Origin: Desulfobacterales bacterium
GTDB lineage: Bacteria > Desulfobacterota > Desulfobacteria > Desulfobacterales > UBA2174
Reading direction: 5' to 3'
Assembly (NCBI GenBank): GCA_963668645.2
Contig: CAXXWC010000001.1
Coordinates: 416,001 to 480,000, forward strand
Length of the DNA stretch: 64,000 nt
The notes beneath the pieces are model-generated. The model made no database searches, was not told the DNA's origin, and saw only the letters and a list, made by a program, of their open reading frames with translations. A program made the translations under genes and the position numbers. Within the stretch, counting starts at the first letter, position 1. Every line of letters starts with the position of its first letter. Of this stretch, positions 58,272 to 64,000 are shown one piece after another.

Positions 58272-61200
58272 TCATTTTTTCATGACCCTGTCCAGTTCAT
58301 CGAGGGCTCTTTTGAAATCGTAATTTTCCAGACGCCGTGCAACCTCCTCCAATCCCTCCCTTACATCGCTTTGCTCGATGCCGTCCTTGACTTGAGCCAG
58401 GTAATCCAGTGCAGCCGTATCATCATTTCCCAGCAGGACGCGAAGTTCGCCAAGTGCTGACATTATCCCCGACCTGTCCGGGGCGCTGCCGGATTCCCCG
58501 ATCTTCTTTTCTTCTTGCAGCCCTTCGATGCCGGCGATTCCGGAAAGAACCGTCTGTAGACAGCCCGATAGACGCCCCACCAAGTTGTCGACCCCTTCTT
58601 TCCGGTCGATGACGGCCCGTTCGAGTTGTTTTGCCGCCTCATAGAGCTCACGAGCGCCGATGGTTCCGGAAACCCCTTTCAGGGAATGGGCGAGACGAGC
58701 GGCCGTTTCGAAGTCCTGCGCGGCCAGAGAGTCTGAAATCGCCCCGGCAGCCCCGGCGTATCCTTTCTCGAACTTTGCTAGCAGGCTTTTCAACAGATCC
58801 ACGTTTCCGTCGACCCGTCTCAGGGCATCTTGGATGTCGATGCCCGGCAAGAACGCGGGCAGCGTCTCATCGGAGATATGGGATTGTGAAGCCGGGGTGC
58901 CATCAACCGCTCCCGCAGGCCCTCCGTCCGGTGGAGAAGCCGGCAGGTCGGCGTCTTCTTTTCGGGGCTGGATCCATCGAATCAGGGCTGCAAGCAGCAC
59001 CTGGGGATCGATGGGTTTGGTAACATGGTCATTCATCCCGACGTTCAGGCTCTTTTCCCGGTCACCCGCCATTGCGTGGGCGGTCATGGCGATAATGGGA
59101 ACCGGCGACGGCCGGTTGCCGGCCGGCGGCCCGGAAGCCGGACCAGGCTGCCGGCCCGTTTCCCATTCACGAATTCGGCGTGTGGCCTCAAACCCGTCCA
59201 CTGCCGGCATCTGGATGTCCATCAGGACAAGGTCGAAGACCTGGTCCTGGAAAATTTCAAAGGCGATTTTTCCGTTCCCGGCGACGACAACCTCCATTCC
59301 GACCTTCTGGAGAATCTCGCGGGCGACCTGCTGGTTGATTTCGTTGTCTTCTGCCAGCAGGATTCTGGCGCCACGGATCTGTCCGAGGCCCCTGAGATGG
59401 GGCGCGACGAATTTCCCGGTTGTCTGATAGGGAAGCTGCTTTTTGCCGAACACTTCCTTGATGGCGTTGAATAAAACGGACGGGTTGACGGGTTTGACGA
59501 TAAAGCCGGCCGCATTGACCTCTTGGGCCGCTCTCATCACTTCGTCACGATCATGGGCAGTCACCAAAATGATCTTCGGCAGGTGATTCCGTCTCGGATT
59601 CTGGAAGATACGCCGGGAGGCTTCGATGCCGTCCATTTCCGGCATCTTCCAGTCCATGATCACCAGTTGATAAGGGGCACCTGCCTCCGACGCGCGGTCC
59701 AGTTCCATCAAGCCTTTTTCACCCGAACCGACCGTGGTGACATCAAAGCGCATCGATTCCAGGATTTGCTTCAGGATCTGTTGGGACATGAGGCTGTCGT
59801 CCACCACCAGGATCCGCATTCCACCAAGATCTCCGACTTCCCATTGGGGCTTTACCGCCACCTTGGCATTCAGTCCGAAAATCACGGAAAAAGTGAAGGT
59901 GCTCCCTTTTCCCGGCGTGCTTCTGACACCGATCTGCCCCCCCATCATCACCACCAGGCGCTTGCTGATGCTCAGGCCGAGGCCCGTCCCCCCGTATTTG
60001 CGCGTGGTGGAGGTATCGGCCTGGGAAAACATCCCGAAGAGCCCGGCCGCCTGTTCCTCAGTCATACCGATCCCGCTGTCGGTGACCGAAAACCGGATGA
60101 CGGCCTTTTCTCTCAAGCGTTTCTGCAATTCCACGGCGATGACGATTTCCCCCCGATCGGTGAATTTGACGGCATTGCCGGTCAGATTCAGCAAAACCTG
60201 CCCAAGCCGCACCGGGTCCCCGACCAACGATAAGGGCACGTCAGGGGCGATGTCGATCAGGATCTCCAACCCTTTTTGCCGAACGTTGATCAGCAGCGTG
60301 CTGACGATCTCTTCGAGCACTTTTTCAAGCTCGAAATCGATGAATTCGAGATCGAGCTTTCCGGCTTCGATTTTGGAAAAGTCGAGAATGTCATTGATCA
60401 CCCTGAGCAGCAATTTGGCCGATCCGTCGATTTTTTTCAGATAATCGACTTGCTTGGGATCGAGGCTGGTCTGCAGCGCCAGATGCGACAATCCGATGAT
60501 GGCGTTCATCGGCGTGCGGATTTCATGACTCATGTTGGCCAGAAAATCGCTTTTGGCCTGATTGGCTTTTTCGGCTTCCTTCTTTGCTTGGGCGATTTCC
60601 GACCATCTCAGGATGCGCATCCAGGCATAGTTGATCTGGCTGCAAAAAAGATCAATCAGCGCCTCTCCGGCGACAACGGCCGCATCTTCTCCTTTCTGGG
60701 CATCCCGGATGGTCAATGTGGCAATGACTTCGTTTTCCTCCGAAAAAACAGGCCATGTGCCGCAACTGAAAAAATGGCCTGATTGGGCAGTTTCCCGGCA
60801 CAGGGCATAAGCCGGCTCGTCGACCACGTTGGGATAAACCAGTTTCTGGCCGGATGCGTAAACGGCCTGCGGGCATTCGGATTGTTCAGCGCCATCCAGG
60901 AAATCCGGGGAACTGCAAGCCAGGGGCACCATGCGCCCCCCCTCCCTGGCCACACTCACCCAGGCCGAATGCGCGCCCAGGTGCATCACCGGAGCCTGGG
61001 CCGCCGTCAGGGCCAATTCGTCGATGGTCCGACAGGCCGCAAGCCGCTCGCCGGCTTCGTGCAGCCCCATCGCCCATTGGGACCTCAGCTTCAAGGTATT
61101 CTCGGACCGCTTGAGATCCGCCACTGCATTTTCTGCGATCTTGCGTTGCTCGTTGATGTCCTGCATCAGACTCAGCGCCGCCCGCTTGGAGGCGTTTTCA

Positions 61201-62444
61201 GCCTGGGTACGCACCCGGATCTGCTCTTCCAGGTGGAGTTTTTGTGAGCTGATGGACCCTGCCATGTCGTTAAAGGCTGCCGCCAGAAGGCCGAATTCGT
61301 CTTGCCGTTCAACCATCGCTCTTGCTTGCAGATCGCCGTTTTTGAATCGCTCCACGACACCGAGGAGCATCATCAGGGGGCGCATTATGCTCCGTGCGAC
61401 GGGCCACATGAAAAGCCCCAGCACTCCGGCCATAACCATTATCGCCACAGTAACGGCTCCGACGATCCGCGGATCGAACAGGGACAGGTCGATCGCAGCG
61501 GCCGGAAGATCGGCACCGAAAACCAGATACTCGCTTTCTTTGGCCCAGAGACGGGAAAGCGCCACTCCCAGTATCCTGTCGCCTATCTTCTCCATTGGCG
61601 GCGTCGCACTGAGCAGCGCCGCCCAATGCTCCGGATAATCCTTTTTGAGGCCCTCACCGGTGTCAAGGTCCCGGGGACCGCCCCATCTCTTTTCCGGCGC
61701 CCTGTCATTGTGCAGATAGTATCCATCGGCATCGGTTATGAAAATATGGTCCGAAATATCGTCGTGCCTTTCGAGTCCAGACTCAATCATGCGCGAAAAG
61801 AGCATGTCGGCGACTACGATGCCCTGGAAGCGACCAGCCTTGTCGAAAAACGGGGTGGCCAACTGAATGACGGGCTTGTAAGGTTTCTTAATCTCACCCC
61901 GTTCCCGATTCAGATCCACGGAAGAGATGTAGATCTGATCTCGGGAGAGCATCGCCGCTTCGGTAAAATAATACTCGTTGTTCCCGCTGAGAAGCTGCTC
62001 TGGCGGCACGGCAACGGCGCGATCTTCCCCAAAATTGACGCGCACGATTTCCATGCCGTGCTTGTCCAGGATCCGCAGTTTGTCGTAGATTTTTTTGGTC
62101 TCGATCAGTGCCGAAAAGATATGGCTCATCCTTTCGCGCCACTGGGCTTCCGTGCTGTTTTGCTCGGGATCAAGGCCCCGGTTGGCCCACGCCCGCATGA
62201 GCCCCAGCGTGGGCGGGCAGGCAGATAAAAATCGGACATCTACCTTTGCCGATGCAACGCGGTCTGCCAAGACCGCGGCCGCTTCCTGCAAACTGACCGA
62301 GACCTGGTCGCTGCGGGCCCGCTCCACTTCCTGCTGAATGACGTGAATCGCCACAGCGATGCCGATCAGGAAAATCGGCAGAACAACGGCCACAACCATC
62401 ATGTTCAACCGGTGGCGATAACTCAAATCACGGCGGTTCTTCAT
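58272..62444 (-). CDS. hybrid sensor histidine kinase (Cache-HAMP-GAF-HisKA-HATPase-REC-REC-Hpt)
   Basis: [30 protein letters not shown], two receiver domains, AHSLKGVSG (Hpt). Confidence 0.95.
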   Translation of the reverse strand: MKNRRDLSYRHRLNMMVVAVVLPIFLIGIAVAIHVIQQEVERARSDQVSVSLQEAAAVLADRVASAKVDVRFLSACPPTLGLMRAWANRGLDPEQNSTEAQWRERMSHIFSALIETKKIYDKLRILDKHGMEIVRVNFGEDRAVAVPPEQLLSGNNEYYFTEAAMLSRDQIYISSVDLNRERGEIKKPYKPVIQLATPFFDKAGRFQGIVVADMLFSRMIESGLERHDDISDHIFITDADGYYLHNDRAPEKRWGGPRDLDTGEGLKKDYPEHWAALLSATPPMEKIGDRILGVALSRLWAKESEYLVFGADLPAAAIDLSLFDPRIVGAVTVAIMVMAGVLGLFMWPVARSIMRPLMMLLGVVERFKNGDLQARAMVERQDEFGLLAAAFNDMAGSISSQKLHLEEQIRVRTQAENASKRAALSLMQDINEQRKIAENAVADLKRSENTLKLRSQWAMGLHEAGERLAACRTIDELALTAAQAPVMHLGAHSAWVSVAREGGRMVPLACSSPDFLDGAEQSECPQAVYASGQKLVYPNVVDEPAYALCRETAQSGHFFSCGTWPVFSEENEVIATLTIRDAQKGEDAAVVAGEALIDLFCSQINYAWMRILRWSEIAQAKKEAEKANQAKSDFLANMSHEIRTPMNAIIGLSHLALQTSLDPKQVDYLKKIDGSAKLLLRVINDILDFSKIEAGKLDLEFIDFELEKVLEEIVSTLLINVRQKGLEILIDIAPDVPLSLVGDPVRLGQVLLNLTGNAVKFTDRGEIVIAVELQKRLREKAVIRFSVTDSGIGMTEEQAAGLFGMFSQADTSTTRKYGGTGLGLSISKRLVVMMGGQIGVRSTPGKGSTFTFSVIFGLNAKVAVKPQWEVGDLGGMRILVVDDSLMSQQILKQILESMRFDVTTVGSGEKGLMELDRASEAGAPYQLVIMDWKMPEMDGIEASRRIFQNPRRNHLPKIILVTAHDRDEVMRAAQEVNAAGFIVKPVNPSVLFNAIKEVFGKKQLPYQTTGKFVAPHLRGLGQIRGARILLAEDNEINQQVAREILQKVGMEVVVAGNGKIAFEIFQDQVFDLVLMDIQMPAVDGFEATRRIREWETGRQPGPASGPPAGNRPSPVPIIAMTAHAMAGDREKSLNVGMNDHVTKPIDPQVLLAALIRWIQPRKEDADLPASPPDGGPAGAVDGTPASQSHISDETLPAFLPGIDIQDALRRVDGNVDLLKSLLAKFEKGYAGAAGAISDSLAAQDFETAARLAHSLKGVSGTIGARELYEAAKQLERAVIDRKEGVDNLVGRLSGCLQTVLSGIAGIEGLQEEKKIGESGSAPDRSGIMSALGELRVLLGNDDTAALDYLAQVKDGIEQSDVREGLEEVARRLENYDFKRALDELDRVMKK

Positions 62445-62469
62445 GAAAAATTCTCCGCAAAGGGACCGG

Positions 62470-64000
62470 TTAGGGGCTGTCGTTTTTCACATCCATGTTC
62501 TTCCACAGGGGCGGATAGGGTTGCTTACGCCCCAGTTCGGCACTGAGCCGATTGACTTCTTCCTTGAGTTCGATGAGTCTGCCCTCCCTGCCGGTCAGGA
62601 TTTCGTTGATCGCGGCGATTTCAACCACCCGGGCCTTCAACTCCTCCTCGGACCGCTCATACCTGCCGATATGAGCTTCCAATTGACGATTCTTGTTCTC
62701 GAGTGAGATCGTCAGACCGCGCAGGGCAGCGGCCTGGCGGTTGGATCGGGCGATGATGAGGAACAATCCCGGAACGAGAAGGCTGATCAGAAGCCCCAGA
62801 GACAAAATGATCTTGCTGTTTTTCCTTTCGGCCGATTCGATAACGTCGTCATAAGCCGCAAAAACAATCAACCAGTTTTGACCGCCGAATTCGATGACGG
62901 ACCGGCGGCTGAAAAGTGGTGTGCGCTCCTTGCCGGCTTGCTGCGACGCCGGACCGCCGTGGTACATCAGGGCGTCTTCTCTGGGCTGGATACCGGAGTA
63001 GATTTGGATTCTGATTTTATCGAGGCCCTTGGGTAAAGCCTTTTCTATGAAGTTGTTCATCCGAAACGGGCTGTACACATAACCCCAGAGGGCATTGCGC
63101 CGCTGTTCGCGGGTTTTGGTTTCGGCATGCCTTCGGTAAACGGGCACATAGATCAAAAAGCCCGCCTGCACGTCCTTTCCCGTTTCCTGAACCAGAATCA
63201 CCTTACCGCTCATGGATGTCAGTCCGGTATCCCGTGCCATTACCATCGCTTCGCGACGAGTGGGTTCGGAAAACATGTCGTAACCGAACGCACGCTGGTT
63301 GCGCCAGTCGAACGGCTCCAAGAAAACGATGGCAGAATATGCGGGCCGGTCTCCGTCCGGATAAACCTTATAATCGGGAAACCCTTCCTGGCGAATCCGC
63401 CGGATATGCGCCTCTTTTTCCGACGGAGAAAACCACTCGGAAAAACCGAACCCCTGGATGCCCCGATAGGCTTGGCTGAGGTTTAAGTTTTCATAATAGG
63501 TTTTCCAGTCCTGGCGCGAAACCTCTTTGGATGCGGCCAACATCCCGGCACCGCCTCTGAGCATCAGTTCGCAATTCAGCAGATGATCTTGAATGGCCCT
63601 TTCGGATTCCCTGGCCCGGAACAAGAACTGTTCCCGGGCCCTGGTGAAAATTCCGCCGTAAACGAAATACCAGGCGATCATCGTCGCTGAAATACAGACC
63701 AGCAACACTAGGCCGGCCACCCATTTCTGCCATGAAGATCTCTTTCCATGCGCACCCGGGACAACCGAATCGGTGCCGGCATGAAGGGGAAGGGACGGCA
63801 GCGGAGCCTCTTCGGCTTTTTTGTCACTGGCGGATCCGTTGCCGGTTACCGTATCCGGGCCCACGGATGAAGTGGAAAAATCCGGCTCCTTGCCGCGTTC
63901 GCCCTGAAGCCGCTGGATCTCTTCTTTCAACTCGATGATGCGGGTTTCCCGGCCCAGCATGGCCTTGTTGAAGGCTTGCAGCGACCTTGACTGGGTTTCC
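62470..64000 (-). CDS. CHASE-domain membrane sensor without a visible output domain (5' partial)
   Basis: TM-CHASE-TM (FLEP...RN..AFGYDM.SE..RR.AM..ARDTG); frame remains open to the window edge. Confidence 0.88.
   Translation of the reverse strand, partial: ETQSRSLQAFNKAMLGRETRIIELKEEIQRLQGERGKEPDFSTSSVGPDTVTGNGSASDKKAEEAPLPSLPLHAGTDSVVPGAHGKRSSWQKWVAGLVLLVCISATMIAWYFVYGGIFTRAREQFLFRARESERAIQDHLLNCELMLRGGAGMLAASKEVSRQDWKTYYENLNLSQAYRGIQGFGFSEWFSPSEKEAHIRRIRQEGFPDYKVYPDGDRPAYSAIVFLEPFDWRNQRAFGYDMFSEPTRREAMVMARDTGLTSMSGKVILVQETGKDVQAGFLIYVPVYRRHAETKTREQRRNALWGYVYSPFRMNNFIEKALPKGLDKIRIQIYSGIQPREDALMYHGGPASQQAGKERTPLFSRRSVIEFGGQNWLIVFAAYDDVIESAERKNSKIILSLGLLISLLVPGLFLIIARSNRQAAALRGLTISLENKNRQLEAHIGRYERSEEELKARVVEIAAINEILTGREGRLIELKEEVNRLSAELGRKQPYPPLWKNMDVKNDSP

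Noticed and set aside
1..64000. tRNA, rRNA, prophage, cas or integron-integrase genes
   Set aside because: None recognised in this window by eye

Overview
GC-rich chromosomal window whose gene content suggests an anaerobic Desulfobacterota (Desulfobacterales-like) bacterium; this taxonomy is inferred. In order: the 3' end of ilvD; an unannotated Ile/Leu/Val leader-peptide attenuator ahead of ilvB-ilvN-ilvC-cimA-leuA; sod, pyrD and RNA-modification genes; an alpha/beta-hydrolase / SPFH / tandem-AAA+ Lon-protease operon; cinA; a candidate new functional-amyloid export locus (21.2-24.8 kb); a membrane adenylate cyclase, a cold-shock gene and Crp; NhaD with an inserted PAS domain; a cysteine desulfurase with an internal duplication; a ColRS-like two-component system facing a PepSY-MipA/TolC/MFP/RND operon; a decayed mobile island (IS pseudogene, ORF-less group II intron remnant, attC-bearing cassettes, IS1182 fragment, MITE); and an HD-GYP / hybrid kinase / CHASE signalling cluster. 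The best candidate for an undescribed system is the 21.2-24.8 kb locus: a secreted protein made of exactly seven 36-aa repeats with a Fap-like NVAAGxGN motif, a small secreted protein with one degenerate repeat, a CsgG/HfaB-like lipoprotein and an LPP20-like protein. The runner-up is the SPFH plus double-AAA-Lon protease pair. All family assignments were made by eye from motifs; no database searches were run.
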